This document shows, in pieces, positions 20,469 through 31,931 of a DNA stretch of 33,388 nt. Positions within the stretch are counted from its first letter, which is position 1; each line of letters starts with the position of its first letter. The stretch is from Neptunomonas sp. (GTDB taxonomy: Bacteria > Pseudomonadota > Gammaproteobacteria > Pseudomonadales > Balneatricaceae): the NCBI GenBank assembly GCA_004195305.1, contig SDWN01000923.1, forward strand, positions 1 through 33,388, given 5' to 3'. The notes beneath the pieces are model-generated. The model searched no databases and was not told the origin of the DNA. It worked only from the letters and a program-made list of their open reading frames with translations. The position numbers and the translations under genes are program-made.

Positions 20469-20673
20469 GCACAGTGATCCAGATGGACGCAGTTAACTGA
20501 ATGCGCACAGCGAACTAAATAGGCCCAGTAATCCAGGTGTCTGGTGTATTTTTCGCACGACTGCATGATTGCAGACGATAGAGCAGCGCAGCAGCGGTTG
20601 CCGGGTAGACCCCTGTTAACGTTGATAAACTCATAGGCTGCTGTGATGTAACTTTCAGAACTCGGTGGTGTTG

Positions 20674-21669
20674 ATGTCAAATCCTTCCCTGATTGATCGC
20701 TTTGGTCGTCACGTTGATTACATCCGAATTTCGGTCACTGATCGCTGTGATTTTCGTTGCGTATATTGCATGGCTGAGGAGATGAGCTTCGTGCCTCGTC
20801 CTCAGGTATTAAGTCTTGAAGAGATCGAGCTGACCGCGCAGGCGTTCGTAGCGCTGGGGGTTAAGAAAATCCGCTTGACCGGTGGTGAGCCGTTGGTGCG
20901 ACGCGGTATCGTCTCGCTGTGTCAGCGGCTATCGGCCCTGGAGGGTCTGGATGAATTGGTGATGACCACCAATGGCTCGCAGCTGCCGAAGTTGGCCGGT
21001 GCTCTCAGTGGTGCCGGGGTTAAACGTCTCAATATCAGTTTGGACTCGCTGCGCGCGGATCGATTCACCGCGCTGACTCGTACCGGTCGACTCGATCAGG
21101 TGGTGGCCGGGATTGACGCCGCCTGCGCTGCGGGATTCAAGCGGATTAAACTCAATGCGGTGATTATGAAGGGCCGTAACGACGACGAGGTGCTTGATCT
21201 GGTTGAGTTTGCGCGTGAGCGCAATCTGGATATCAGCTTTATCGAAGAGATGCCTCTGGGCGTTATTCGTGAGCATGATCGCGAAGAGTCTTATTGCTCA
21301 AGCGAGGAGGTACGTGATTTGATTCAGCAGCGTTATGCGCTGCTTGATTCCACGTTGCTGACTGCGGGGCCATCTCGCTACTATCAGATGGCTGACAGCG
21401 CTAGCCGGATCGGTTTTATCTCCCCCCACAGTCATAATTTTTGTCATGCTTGTAATCGAGTGCGTTTGACTGCAGAGGGGCGGTTGTTGCTCTGTCTGGG
21501 CAACGAGCATTCATTCGATCTTCGTGCGCTGCTCCGCGCGCCTGGGTTTGCCCCGGCTCAGCTAGAGCCGGCCATCCGCAAGGCCATGGATCTAAAACCA
21601 GAAAAGCATGAGTTCGACCTCAGTGGCGAGCCTCAAATCTTACGTTTTATGAACATGACCGGTGGCTGA
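20674..21669 (+). CDS. moaA: GTP 3',8-cyclase (radical SAM), Moco biosynthesis
   Basis: [16 protein letters not shown]-terminal CHACNR...C cluster and terminal GG. Confidence 0.97.
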   Translation: MSNPSLIDRFGRHVDYIRISVTDRCDFRCVYCMAEEMSFVPRPQVLSLEEIELTAQAFVALGVKKIRLTGGEPLVRRGIVSLCQRLSALEGLDELVMTTNGSQLPKLAGALSGAGVKRLNISLDSLRADRFTALTRTGRLDQVVAGIDAACAAGFKRIKLNAVIMKGRNDDEVLDLVEFARERNLDISFIEEMPLGVIREHDREESYCSSEEVRDLIQQRYALLDSTLLTAGPSRYYQMADSASRIGFISPHSHNFCHACNRVRLTAEGRLLLCLGNEHSFDLRALLRAPGFAPAQLEPAIRKAMDLKPEKHEFDLSGEPQILRFMNMTGG

Positions 21670-21689
21670 TTATGGATTCATCCGCCATC

Positions 21690-21732
21690 CAGGTGTGGGC
21701 GGAGGTCTTTTCTCCGCGCACGCCTGCCTTTT
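21690..21732 (+). terminator. Terminator-like hairpin after moaA
   Basis: CAGGTGTG-G-GCGGAG-7 nt-CTCCGC-G-CACGCCTG followed by CCTTTT; the U-tract is weak. Confidence 0.45.
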
Positions 21733-21837
21733 GTACTAAGAACGCGTAGAATGTGCGCCTCGTATCGTGCCGGAGCGCTCCGTTTCGGGTTGGTTGAGAA
21801 ATAGATAACGGGCTGTTAATGGCTCGATAATGGCTGC

Positions 21838-22986
21838 ATGAACACAGTAGATACAGACCAGTTTGACGAGATTCGCCCCTACAATGACAGTGAGGTAGCT
21901 GCTGTGATTGGTCGTTTGCTGACCACTCCTGAGCTCATTACGGCGTTGATGAAATATCGCTTTCCGCGGCTCAGCCGCTGGCTGCCTTTTCTGCTTCGGC
22001 CGCTGGTTATACGCGTGCTCTCCAAGCAGTTGGCCGGTATCGATACCGTGGCGAAGATCCAGGATGTGATCGCCTCCTACATCCAAAGCATGGTTGACCG
22101 CACGACCGGCCAGTTGAGCTTCTCTGGGATCGAGCGGCTCAATCCAGGGGTTGCTTACCTGTTTATCTCCAATCATCGCGATATTGCCATGGACCCAGCG
22201 TTTGTTAATTGGGGGCTGTATCACAACGGCATGGACACCGCGCGCATCGCCATTGGCGATAATCTGCTTAAGAAGCCCTATGTCTCGGATCTGATGCGCC
22301 TCAACAAGAGTTTTATTGTTAACCGCTCTGCGACAGGTGTGCGTGGCAAGATGAAGGCGTTATCCCAATTGTCAGCGTATATCGACCACTCGATTGCTGG
22401 TGGTAACTCCGTTTGGCTGGCGCAGCGTGAAGGGCGCGCTAAAGATGGCAATGACCGCACCGAGCCTGCGATTTTGAAGATGCTCTTTATGAGTTTCAAA
22501 AAACGCGGGCTGAGTTTTCCTGAGGCGGTCAAGGCGTTGCATATCGTCCCGGTTTCTATCTCTTACGAATACGATCCCTGCGATGCCCTCAAGGCGTCGG
22601 AGTTGCACGCGTTGGCATCTCAGGGGGGCTATGAGAAGTCTCAGTTTGAGGATATCGAGAGTATCGTTCAGGGGATTGTCGGTTACAAAGGGGATATTCA
22701 TGTGGCCTTTGGTAAGCCGATTGGTGGCGAGTTTGAAACAGCCGATGATCTGGCTCGCGCAATAGATAAGATGGTTATCAGTAACTACCACCTGCATAGC
22801 TCAAACTTGCTGGCAGCCGAGGGGGAGGGGGCTCAGGTATCGGCCGCTCAGCGCGACCGTTATCAGCGCCGGGTTGCCGGGATCGATACTGAATCCCTGC
22901 CTTGGTTTGAGGCGCAGTATGCCAATCCGGTCCTGAACAAGCAGAGGCTGGCGTCATTATCGAAAGTTAAGGGGGCTCATGACTGA
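21838..22986 (+). CDS. Phospholipid/glycerol acyltransferase family protein, long 382-aa type
   Basis: SNHRDIAMD (HX4D), [27 protein letters not shown]. Confidence 0.9.
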   Translation: MNTVDTDQFDEIRPYNDSEVAAVIGRLLTTPELITALMKYRFPRLSRWLPFLLRPLVIRVLSKQLAGIDTVAKIQDVIASYIQSMVDRTTGQLSFSGIERLNPGVAYLFISNHRDIAMDPAFVNWGLYHNGMDTARIAIGDNLLKKPYVSDLMRLNKSFIVNRSATGVRGKMKALSQLSAYIDHSIAGGNSVWLAQREGRAKDGNDRTEPAILKMLFMSFKKRGLSFPEAVKALHIVPVSISYEYDPCDALKASELHALASQGGYEKSQFEDIESIVQGIVGYKGDIHVAFGKPIGGEFETADDLARAIDKMVISNYHLHSSNLLAAEGEGAQVSAAQRDRYQRRVAGIDTESLPWFEAQYANPVLNKQRLASLSKVKGAHD

Positions 22987-23473
22987 CAAGAATCTTACCC
23001 ATCTGGATGCCCAGGGGCATGCGCATATGGTGGATGTATCCGGCAAGGATGTGACGACGCGTGAAGCGCGTGCCGAGGCCTGCATTCATATGTTGCCAGA
23101 GACGTTGGCGATGATCAGCGAGGGGCGTCACCATAAGGGTGACGTGCTCGCCGTGGCGCGTATTGCGGGTATTCAGGCGGCCAAGCGTTGTTCCGACATC
23201 ATCCCTCTCTGTCATCCGCTGATGCTCAGTAAGGTCACTGTTGATCTGTACCCGGAACCAGAGCAGCAGCGGTTGCGAATCGAAACCCTGTGCAAGCTTA
23301 ATGGTCGCACCGGTGTTGAGATGGAGGCGTTGACAGCGGCATCGGCTGCCGCGTTGACGCTGTACGATATGTGCAAGGCGGTTGATCGCGGCATGAGTAT
23401 TGAGGGTGTTCGGTTGCTGGAAAAGATCGGAGGTCGGAGTGGGCATTGGCGGGCGGAGGATAGGCAAGCATGA
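22979..23473 (+). CDS. moaC: Cyclic pyranopterin monophosphate synthase
   Basis: [35 protein letters not shown]. Confidence 0.98.
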   Translation: MTDKNLTHLDAQGHAHMVDVSGKDVTTREARAEACIHMLPETLAMISEGRHHKGDVLAVARIAGIQAAKRCSDIIPLCHPLMLSKVTVDLYPEPEQQRLRIETLCKLNGRTGVEMEALTAASAAALTLYDMCKAVDRGMSIEGVRLLEKIGGRSGHWRAEDRQA

Positions 23474-23721
23474 TCAGTGTGGTGTTTTTAGCCAGCATTC
23501 GAGAACGTTTGGCGTGTCAGCAGCTGCCGTTCGAGATGAGTGCGGCCCAGTTCAGTGTGGCGGAGTTAACAGAGTGCCTGGCCCAGCGCGGTGATCTGTG
23601 GCGCCAGGTGCTGATGGATGACAGGGTGTTGGTGGCGGTTAATCAGCAGATGAGTCACGCAGATAGCATCATCCATGACGGTGATGAAGTGGCATTTTTT
23701 CCACCCGTTACCGGCGGCTGA
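23470..23721 (+). CDS. moaD: Molybdopterin synthase sulfur carrier subunit
   Basis: VAVNQ...[14 protein letters not shown] with C-terminal GG. Confidence 0.95.
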   Translation: MISVVFLASIRERLACQQLPFEMSAAQFSVAELTECLAQRGDLWRQVLMDDRVLVAVNQQMSHADSIIHDGDEVAFFPPVTGG

Positions 23722-23742
23722 GTCGATAGGTTTTCAGAGTCT

Positions 23743-24471
23743 ATGTCCTACGTTCGCGCGTTTTTGTTCTATCTGGTTATGGTTATAGCGACCGTTGTGC
23801 ACTCGACCCTGTGTCTGATTTTTGCCAGTTGGTTACCGTTCCGGCTTCGCTTTAAAATTGTCAGCTCGGTCAATCATCTCTTTATCGGCTGGTTGCGGCT
23901 GGTCTGTGGGGTTCGCTACCAACTGGCAGGACAAGAGAATCTGCCTCAGGGGCGCCCGTACGTGCTTCTAGTTAATCACCAGAGCGAATGGGAAACCATT
24001 TACTTGCAGCTGTTGGTCCAGCCGATTAGTACCGTGTTAAAGAAAGAGTTGTTGCGTATTCCCTTCTTTGGCTGGGCGCTGTCGCTGTTGCGACCAATTG
24101 CGATTGACCGGTCGCAGCGAACGGGCGCAATAAAACAGTTACTAAAGCAGGGTAAGCAACGTCTTGAAGAGGGGGTTCCGGTGGTGATTTTTCCACAGGG
24201 AACCCGGGTTGCAGCGGGTCAGCTGGGTACGTTTAACAAGGGCGGTGCGATGCTGGCGTGCAGCGCCAAGGTGCCGGTCGTGCCGATGGTTCATAATGCC
24301 GGAGAGCACTGGCCATCGGGGCGCTTTGCTAAGATTCCCGGGCTGATTCGAATTGAAATTGGTGAGCCCATCGCAACCGAGGGGCGCAGTGTCGATGAGG
24401 TGTTTCAGCAGTCAACGGGTTGGATTCAGAGCCGTTTAGAGGGCACTGCAGATGTCGAGGTTGCGGATTAA
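23743..24471 (+). CDS. plsC: 1-acyl-sn-glycerol-3-phosphate acyltransferase, PlsC/HdtS-like
   Basis: NHQSEWE, LKKELLRIPFFGW, IAIDR, FPQGTR. Confidence 0.85.
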   Translation: MSYVRAFLFYLVMVIATVVHSTLCLIFASWLPFRLRFKIVSSVNHLFIGWLRLVCGVRYQLAGQENLPQGRPYVLLVNHQSEWETIYLQLLVQPISTVLKKELLRIPFFGWALSLLRPIAIDRSQRTGAIKQLLKQGKQRLEEGVPVVIFPQGTRVAAGQLGTFNKGGAMLACSAKVPVVPMVHNAGEHWPSGRFAKIPGLIRIEIGEPIATEGRSVDEVFQQSTGWIQSRLEGTADVEVAD

Positions 24472-24489
24472 GTGTTGATTCGAAGGCAT

Positions 24490-24521
24490 AAAAAAGCCGC
24501 TCTGTGAGCGGCTTTTTTTTT
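24490..24521. terminator. Bidirectional intrinsic terminator between convergent plsC and fabB
   Basis: A6-GCCGCTC-TGT-GAGCGGC-T9. Confidence 0.95.
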
Positions 24522-24536
24522 ACCGGTACGTGTCGC

Positions 24537-25754
24537 TTAGTCGCGGTAGCGCTGGAACACCAAGGAAGCGTTGGTGCCGCCGAAGCCGAAGCTGTTCGAC
24601 ATGACCCGTTCCAGGCCGGCGTTATCCTTGCGTTCGGTAATAATCGGCATGCCCGCCGCTTCTTCGTCCAGAGTCTCGATGTTGGCCGAAGCCGCAATAA
24701 AGTCGTTCTCCATCATCAATAGGCAGTAGATCGCCTCTTGAACCCCTGCAGCACCCAGGGAGTGACCCGACAGGGATTTGGTGGAACCCACAACAGGGAT
24801 CTCGTCGCCGAAAGCGAGCTTGACCGCTTTGAGCTCCTGCATATCGCCGACCGGGGTGCTGGTGCCGTGTGCATTGATGTAGTCGATATCGCCGTCGACA
24901 GTGCTCATGGCCTGCTGCATGCAGCGCATAGCGCCTTCACCGGATGGTGCGACCATGTCATAGCCATCGGAAGTGGCGCCGTAGCCAACCAGTTCGGCGT
25001 AGATCTTGGCACCGCGCGCCTTGGCGTGCTCCAGCTCTTCGATCACCAGCATGCCGCCACCACCGGAGATGACAAAACCATCACGGTTAGCATCGTAAGC
25101 GCGGCTGGCCTTGCCAGGCGTGTCGTTGTATTTGGATGACAGTGCGCCCATGGCATCAAACAGGCAGCTCATGGACCAGTGCAGCTCTTCGCCACCGCCT
25201 GCAAAGATAACATCTTGCTTGCCTAGCTGGATCAGCTCCATAGCGTTGCCGATGCAGTGTGCGCTGGTGGAGCATGCGGAGGTGATGGAGTAATTCACGC
25301 CCTTGATCTTAAACGGCGTTGCCAGGCAGGCGGAGACCGTGCTACCCATGGTGCGGGTAACTCGGTACGGGCCTACACGCTTCAGGCCGCGGTCGCGAAG
25401 GATGTCGGCGGCCTCTACGATGTTGGCAGAGGAGGCGCCGCCGGAGCCGGCGATCAGGCCGGTACGGACGTTGGAGACCTGCTCTTCGGTAAGCCCGGAG
25501 TCCGTCACTGCGTTTTTCATTGCCAGGTAGGTATAGGCGGCAGAATCACCCATGAAACGCATTAGTTTGCGGTCGATGAGCGGGGACATGTCGAGGTCGA
25601 TGCTGCCTGCAACGTGGCTGCGAAACCCCAGCTCTTTGTACTCCTCCTGAAAGGATATGCCGGAGCGTCCTGTTTTCAGAGACTCGGTAACGGTCTCCTT
25701 ATCGCAGCCGATGCATGATGTGATACCGATTCCGGTGACAACGACACGTCGCAT
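24537..25754 (-). CDS. fabB: Beta-ketoacyl-ACP synthase I
   Basis: [10 protein letters not shown] (catalytic Cys), [22 protein letters not shown]; lies downstream of fabA. Confidence 0.97.
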   Translation of the reverse strand: MRRVVVTGIGITSCIGCDKETVTESLKTGRSGISFQEEYKELGFRSHVAGSIDLDMSPLIDRKLMRFMGDSAAYTYLAMKNAVTDSGLTEEQVSNVRTGLIAGSGGASSANIVEAADILRDRGLKRVGPYRVTRTMGSTVSACLATPFKIKGVNYSITSACSTSAHCIGNAMELIQLGKQDVIFAGGGEELHWSMSCLFDAMGALSSKYNDTPGKASRAYDANRDGFVISGGGGMLVIEELEHAKARGAKIYAELVGYGATSDGYDMVAPSGEGAMRCMQQAMSTVDGDIDYINAHGTSTPVGDMQELKAVKLAFGDEIPVVGSTKSLSGHSLGAAGVQEAIYCLLMMENDFIAASANIETLDEEAAGMPIITERKDNAGLERVMSNSFGFGGTNASLVFQRYRD

Positions 25755-25881
25755 AGGTCGAACCTCTTTCGTATTGAAAAAATGGAGCTAAAAAAAGCCA
25801 AGCCCCATTTTCTGATATTGAAGCCAGCTTGGCTAGTCTTTACTGAGACTGCAGCACTGCCGTTTGTTGTTTAGTATAAGA

Positions 25882-26397
25882 TCAAAAGTCGGATGTTGAG
25901 GTGAACAGTCCGACCTTGAGGTCTTTGGCGCTGTAGATTTCTCGGCCATCGACCGACATGGTTCCGTCGGCAATGCCCATGACCAGTTTGCGTTCAATCA
26001 GGCGCGAAAGCTCCAGGTGGTAGGTGACCTTTTTGGCGCTAGGGAGGACTTGGCCAAAGAACTTGATTTCGCCTGCGCCGAGTGCACGGCCGCGCCCCTT
26101 GTTGCCTTTCCATGCCAGAAAAAAGCCAACCATCTGCCACATGGCATCCAGGCCCAGGCAGCCGGGCATCACCGGATCACCGGGGAAGTGGCAGTCGAAA
26201 AACCACAGGTCAGGGTTGATATCCAGCTCAGCAATGATCTCTCCTTTGCCGTACTTGCCGCCATCGGCATTGATGGTGACGATGCGGTCTGCCATCAGCA
26301 TATTGCCGACAGGAAGCTGTGCATTACCGGGGCCGTTCATCTCGCCATAGCCACATTGCAGCAGTTCGTCGCGAGTAAAGGAAGATGGCTTTGTCAT
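25882..26397 (-). CDS. fabA: 3-hydroxydecanoyl-ACP dehydratase/isomerase
   Basis: [24 protein letters not shown] (catalytic His/Asp), GRALG. Confidence 0.98.
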   Translation of the reverse strand: MTKPSSFTRDELLQCGYGEMNGPGNAQLPVGNMLMADRIVTINADGGKYGKGEIIAELDINPDLWFFDCHFPGDPVMPGCLGLDAMWQMVGFFLAWKGNKGRGRALGAGEIKFFGQVLPSAKKVTYHLELSRLIERKLVMGIADGTMSVDGREIYSAKDLKVGLFTSTSDF

Positions 26398-26495
26398 TGG
26401 CGCAAAGATCCGTTAAGTATGAATTAAAAGCCAAACTATACCGGTTTTAGGCGGGTTTCGCCTAGATAAATACGGTTCATCTGGAATCTGGGCGG

Positions 26496-27464
26496 TTAGG
26501 TTCGGCGGTTAACGGCAAGCTCTGCCAGGTGTTGCAGGATGTCACGAAAAGGTGTTGCTGGAATTAGTTCGAGTTGCTCCAGGGCGAGGTCTGCCTGACG
26601 CTGGGCTTGGTTGAACGTATAATCTATGGCGCCACTATCGACCACCGCCTGGCGAATGGGCTCCAGGTCATCCAGGCCGCCTTTACGGATCGCTTGGCGG
26701 ATGAGTTGGCGCTGCGCTTCCGTGCCATGTTTCATGGTATAGATCAGCGGCAGTGTCGGTTTGCCTTCGGCCAAGTCATCGCCCACATTTTTACCCATCT
26801 CCTCGGCGGAGCTCTGGTAGTCAAGGACGTCATCTACCAGCTGAAACGCGATCCCTAGGTGGCGACCATAGAGCTGCAGTGCTTGGGCTTGGGGCGGGTT
26901 TGCACCGGCGATAATGGCTCCCGTCTGGCTGGCTGCTTCGAACAGCATCGCGGTCTTGCCCAGGATGACCTTCATGTAGCTGGCCTCGTCGACATCGGGG
27001 TTCTTGCAGTTAAGCAGTTGCAGGACTTCGCCTTCGGCGATGACATTGGTGGCGCTTGAAACAACCGACATGATCGGCATCGAGTTCAGCTCAACCAGCA
27101 TCTGGAACGCACGCGAGTAGAGAAAATCGCCTACCAGTACGCTAGGTGCGTTGCCCCACCGGGCGTTGGCAGTCGCTTTGCCGCGACGCAGGTCTGATGT
27201 GTCAACGACGTCGTCATGAAGGAGTGTGGCGGTATGGATGAATTCAATAACAGCCGCTAGGTTGATGTGTCCGGTTCCCTGGTAGCCGCATCCGCGAGCG
27301 GCGAGCAGTACCAGTAGCGGGCGAATGCGCTTGCCGCCACTTTCGACGATATAGCTGCCAATTTTCTCCACCAGCGGTACGCCGGAGTGAAGATTGCCGA
27401 GGATGAATTGGTTTACCGCTTCGAAATCGGCGCCGATTTGAGGATGAAGTTGATGTGGCTGCAT
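26496..27464 (-). CDS. ispB: Octaprenyl (polyprenyl) diphosphate synthase
   Basis: GGKRIRP, LHDDVVD...RRG, LVDDVLD, GDDLAEGKPTLP; divergent from rplU. Start set at ATG 27464. Confidence 0.95.
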   Translation of the reverse strand: MQPHQLHPQIGADFEAVNQFILGNLHSGVPLVEKIGSYIVESGGKRIRPLLVLLAARGCGYQGTGHINLAAVIEFIHTATLLHDDVVDTSDLRRGKATANARWGNAPSVLVGDFLYSRAFQMLVELNSMPIMSVVSSATNVIAEGEVLQLLNCKNPDVDEASYMKVILGKTAMLFEAASQTGAIIAGANPPQAQALQLYGRHLGIAFQLVDDVLDYQSSAEEMGKNVGDDLAEGKPTLPLIYTMKHGTEAQRQLIRQAIRKGGLDDLEPIRQAVVDSGAIDYTFNQAQRQADLALEQLELIPATPFRDILQHLAELAVNRRT

Positions 27465-27549
27465 GGGTAGGCTGGCGTTATGATTTGAGGGAATGCTAAG
27501 GGGGTGCAATAACAGAGTCAAGAACTTCGCAGGCGCTTCTTCATCTGGG

Positions 27550-27578
27550 TTGTTTTTTGTGCGCCCTTGGCGTAGTAT
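27550..27578 (+). promoter_or_regulatory. Candidate rplU-rpmA promoter
   Basis: TTGTTT-17 nt-TAGTAT, then GC-rich CCGCTCCC. Confidence 0.6.
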
Positions 27579-27730
27579 CCGCTCCCCTGTGGTTCGTTCA
27601 ATTTTCAGACGGTCGTTTCTTAATCGTTTGAGCTCCCTATCATATGGTCAGGCGCATGCAGTCGGTGCTCTGCTCCATTAGAAGTAGGCGTTAAATAGTA
27701 GCCGGACGAAGCCCGTAACTGGAGAAAAAT

Positions 27731-28042
27731 ATGTACGCAGTGATTGTAAGCGGTGGTAAGCAGTACCGTGTAAGCGAAGGCCACACTTTGAAAGTTGAAA
27801 AGTTGGTTGGTGAAGAGGGCTCATCGCTGGATCTGGATCAGGTTCTGCTGGTTGCCAATGGCGAAGATGTTAAGATCGGCGCGCCGCTTGTTGCCGGTGC
27901 CAAGGTCAGTGTTGAAATCTTGGCTCATGGTCGTGGCAAGAAAGTTCGCATCATCAAATTCAAGCGTCGTAAGCACCACATGAAGCAGATGGGTCACCGT
28001 CAGTGGTTTACCGAAATTAAGATTACCGGAATTAGCGCGTAA
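27731..28042 (+). CDS. rplU: 50S ribosomal protein L21
   Basis: [14 protein letters not shown]...GHRQWFT. Confidence 0.99.
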   Translation: MYAVIVSGGKQYRVSEGHTLKVEKLVGEEGSSLDLDQVLLVANGEDVKIGAPLVAGAKVSVEILAHGRGKKVRIIKFKRRKHHMKQMGHRQWFTEIKITGISA

Positions 28043-28072
28043 GCGGATACCGGTTGTTGAAGGAGAGTAGTA

Positions 28073-28330
28073 ATGGCTCATAAAAAAGCTGGCGGTAGTA
28101 CTAATAACGGTCGCGACTCAGAGTCGAAACGCCTAGGTGTTAAGCGTTTCGGTGGTCAGAAAGTTTTAGCCGGTAACATCCTGATTCGTCAGCGTGGAAC
28201 ACGTTTTCATCCGGGCAACAATGTGGGTATTGGCAAGGATCATACCTTGTTTGCCACGTCGGAAGGTGTTGTTAAGTTCGAAGTTAAAGGCCCTAAGAAC
28301 CGTAAGTTTATCAGTGTGGTTAGTGCCTGA
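28073..28330 (+). CDS. rpmA: 50S ribosomal protein L27
   Basis: [16 protein letters not shown]...RQRGT. Confidence 0.99.
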   Translation: MAHKKAGGSTNNGRDSESKRLGVKRFGGQKVLAGNILIRQRGTRFHPGNNVGIGKDHTLFATSEGVVKFEVKGPKNRKFISVVSA

Positions 28331-28376
28331 TAACAGTTTAGCGGGTGTAAAACAGTCGTTGACTGTTTGTTGAAAG

Positions 28377-28402
28377 AGCTCCGCAAATGCGGGGCTTTTT
28401 TT
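28377..28402 (+). terminator. Intrinsic terminator after rpmA
   Basis: GCTCCGC-AAAT-GCGGGGC-T7, preceded by hairpin AAACAGTC-GTT-GACTGTTT (28350-28368). Confidence 0.9.
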
Positions 28403-28437
28403 GTTTTTGGCAGGCTATGATTATGTAAGGCCTTTAA

Positions 28438-29688
<1,251 letters not shown>

Positions 29689-29717
29689 CACTTTTTTTGT
29701 AGCAAGGATTAACACAG

Positions 29718-30842
29718 ATGAATGCCAGGCAGGCGGTCACGCAGGGTAAGCGCTGGGTCGTTAAGGTCGGGAGTGCGCTTCTGACTAATGATGGTCAGGG
29801 TTTGGATGAACCGGCGATTGCGGGCTGGGTTAACCAGATGGCCGCGTTGCGCAAGCAGGGTATCGAGCTGGTGCTGGTTTCGTCCGGCGCGGTCGCAGCC
29901 GGGATGCGGTGCTTGGGTATGACTGAGCGCCCGCATGAGCTGCATAAGCTGCAGGCCGCAGCGGCGGTCGGGCAGATGGGTTTGGCACAGACCTATGAAG
30001 CGAGTTTTAAGCGCCACAATCTGCATACCGCGCAGATCCTGCTGACCCATGATGACCTCTCTAACCGCAAGCGCTACCTGAATGCCCGGGGTACGCTGGA
30101 GGCTTTGGTTGACTGGAGTGTCGTGCCTGTCGTCAACGAAAACGATACCGTGGTTACCGATGAGATCCGCTTTGGTGATAACGACACCCTGGGTGCGTTA
30201 GTGGCCAATTTGATGGTGGCAGACGTGCTGATTCTGCTGACCGATCAGCGCGGCTTGTTTGATGCCGACCCACGCAAAAACCCACAGGCAAAAATGATCG
30301 AGCAGGCGCGCGCTGATGATAAATATCTGGATGCGGTAGCAGGCGGCGGCGCTGGCGCATTAGGGCGCGGCGGGATGCAGACCAAGCTTCGGGCAGCGCG
30401 CTTGGCGGCCCGCTCGGGTGCGGCGACAGTCATTGTCGGCGGGCGAGAAACCGACGTGCTGTTGCGGCTGCGCGCAGGTGAATCCTTGGGAACCTTGTTG
30501 ACCCCTGACTGTGAGCCGCAGGCGGCGCGTAAGCAGTGGTTGGCAGGACATCTGCAGGCGCGTGGCACCCTGGTCTTGGATGCCGGGGCGGTTAAGGTGC
30601 TGGCGGAATCCGGGCGCAGTCTGTTGCCGGTGGGTGTTAAAGCGGTCGAGGGCGTATTTTCGCGGGGAGAGATGGTGCTCTGTGTTGATGAGCAGGGAAC
30701 GGTAGTTGCGCGCGGCCTGGTCAATTACAGCGCCGATGAGGCGCGGCGTATCATCGGCCGGTCCAGCACTCTGATTGAGCAGACTCTGGGTTATGTTGGC
30801 GAAGAGGAGCTGGTGCACCGGGATAACCTGGTGCTGGCGTAG
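29718..30842 (+). CDS. proB: Glutamate 5-kinase with PUA domain
   Basis: [30 protein letters not shown]. Confidence 0.98.
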   Translation: MNARQAVTQGKRWVVKVGSALLTNDGQGLDEPAIAGWVNQMAALRKQGIELVLVSSGAVAAGMRCLGMTERPHELHKLQAAAAVGQMGLAQTYEASFKRHNLHTAQILLTHDDLSNRKRYLNARGTLEALVDWSVVPVVNENDTVVTDEIRFGDNDTLGALVANLMVADVLILLTDQRGLFDADPRKNPQAKMIEQARADDKYLDAVAGGGAGALGRGGMQTKLRAARLAARSGAATVIVGGRETDVLLRLRAGESLGTLLTPDCEPQAARKQWLAGHLQARGTLVLDAGAVKVLAESGRSLLPVGVKAVEGVFSRGEMVLCVDEQGTVVARGLVNYSADEARRIIGRSSTLIEQTLGYVGEEELVHRDNLVLA

Positions 30843-31010
30843 CGGCGTTGGTGTCTATTTTATGTTCTGCCTCGCTGATATGCCACAGTCGTGTTGGGGC
30901 CATTGTCTTACGCGTTGGATGGCCTCGCCTGCCGCCAAGCCAGGATTAGAGCAGGCTCTGCTACCGTAACCCGGCGTAGCTGGTGCCGTATATTTTATCC
31001 CACCGCACTT

Positions 31011-31074
31011 CGGTTTCTACGTCCTACTGCTCCTGCGTGCTACGGTTTATACGTACTACTGTTCCTACGTACTT
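31011..31074. repeat. Four imperfect 16-bp tandem repeats with 32-bp higher-order periodicity
   Basis: CGGTTTCTACGTCCTA / CTGCTCCTGCGTGCTA / CGGTTTATACGTACTA / CTGTTCCTACGTACTT; the two 32-mers match at 26/32. Confidence 0.85.
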
Positions 31075-31101
31075 TTAGCCCAATGGGCTTTAGGAGTCTT
31101 C

Positions 31102-31758
31102 ATGAGCCCTGTTAGTGATCAAACCGATCCCCAGGCCCGCCTTTATTATGCCCATGATCCGATGTGCAGCTGGTGCTGGGCGTTTAGCCCCTGTTGGCAG
31201 CAGATTCAGCAGCGATTGCCGCGAACGGTTGAGGTTGTGCGGTTAGTGGGCGGCTTGGCTGCAGATAGCAGCGAGCCGATGCCCCTCGAGATGCAGACTT
31301 TTCTGCAGCAGACCTGGCGCCAGATTCAGGCCCGGGTGCCGGGAAGCGAATTCAATTATGATTTCTGGCGCCGCTGCAGCCCGCGCCGGTCAACCTATCC
31401 TGGCTGTCGCGCGGTTATTGCGGCGCGGCACCAGCAGGCGGAGAGCGCGATGACGCTGGCGATCCAACAAGCCTATTATCTGCATGCGCGAAACCCTTCG
31501 GACGAGAGCACGCTGGTCGCGCTGGCGCAGGAGTTAGGCTTGGATGTGTCGCAATTTACGCGAGATCTCAATGCCGCTTTGACCCGGCAAACACTGCTCA
31601 GTGAGATCGTGCGGTGTCGCGAGATGGGCGCACAAGGCTTTCCCAGCCTGATCCTGGAACAACAGCAGCAGCGCTGGCTGATCGCGCTCGACTATAGCGA
31701 CCCAGAGGCCGCTCTGAGCCAGATTGTGCAGTGCATGGAGGAGCCTGGTTGCCCGTGA
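31102..31758 (+). CDS. DsbA-family (FrnE-like) thioredoxin-fold protein, likely cytoplasmic
   Basis: HDPMCSWCWAF CxxC near the N-terminus; GAQGFPSL cis-Pro loop; no obvious signal peptide; SD AGGAG. Confidence 0.9.
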   Translation: MSPVSDQTDPQARLYYAHDPMCSWCWAFSPCWQQIQQRLPRTVEVVRLVGGLAADSSEPMPLEMQTFLQQTWRQIQARVPGSEFNYDFWRRCSPRRSTYPGCRAVIAARHQQAESAMTLAIQQAYYLHARNPSDESTLVALAQELGLDVSQFTRDLNAALTRQTLLSEIVRCREMGAQGFPSLILEQQQQRWLIALDYSDPEAALSQIVQCMEEPGCP

Positions 31759-31841
31759 TCTCCAGCCATACGGCGACAACCCAAGGGCATACAAGCGTGT
31801 GACTAGACCGGCAGCATCAGGGCTGAGCGTTGTGGGTAATC

Positions 31842-31931
31842 CGGGCTAGGGGCTGTTAGCTGCAGGTTATTAGCTGCAGGTTATTAGCTGCAGGTTATTA
31901 GCTGCAGGTTATTAACTACGGGCTGTTAGCT
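31842..31931. repeat. 14-bp minisatellite TTAGCTGCAGGTTA x4 perfect, with degenerate flanking copies
   Basis: Perfect copies at 31856-31911; degenerate units at 31842-31855 and 31912-31925; GGGCTGTTAGCT recurs 70 bp apart (31850 and 31920). Confidence 0.97.

Noticed and set aside
20469-20673. Moco riboswitch, ModE box or FNR site upstream of moaA
   Set aside because: I could not recognise the Moco RNA motif or a ModE palindrome. TTGAT is present only as a half-site without ATCAA. A cmscan would be decisive.
31011-31074. CRISPR array or plasmid iterons
   Set aside because: No spacers, the units are imperfect, and no cas or rep gene is nearby.
30891-31115. 74-aa ORF upstream of the DsbA-family gene
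   Set aside because: It runs through the 16-bp repeat array and has no SD or recognisable features.
31856-31911. CRISPR array
   Set aside because: The repeats are 14 bp, directly adjacent with no spacers, and there are no cas genes in the window.
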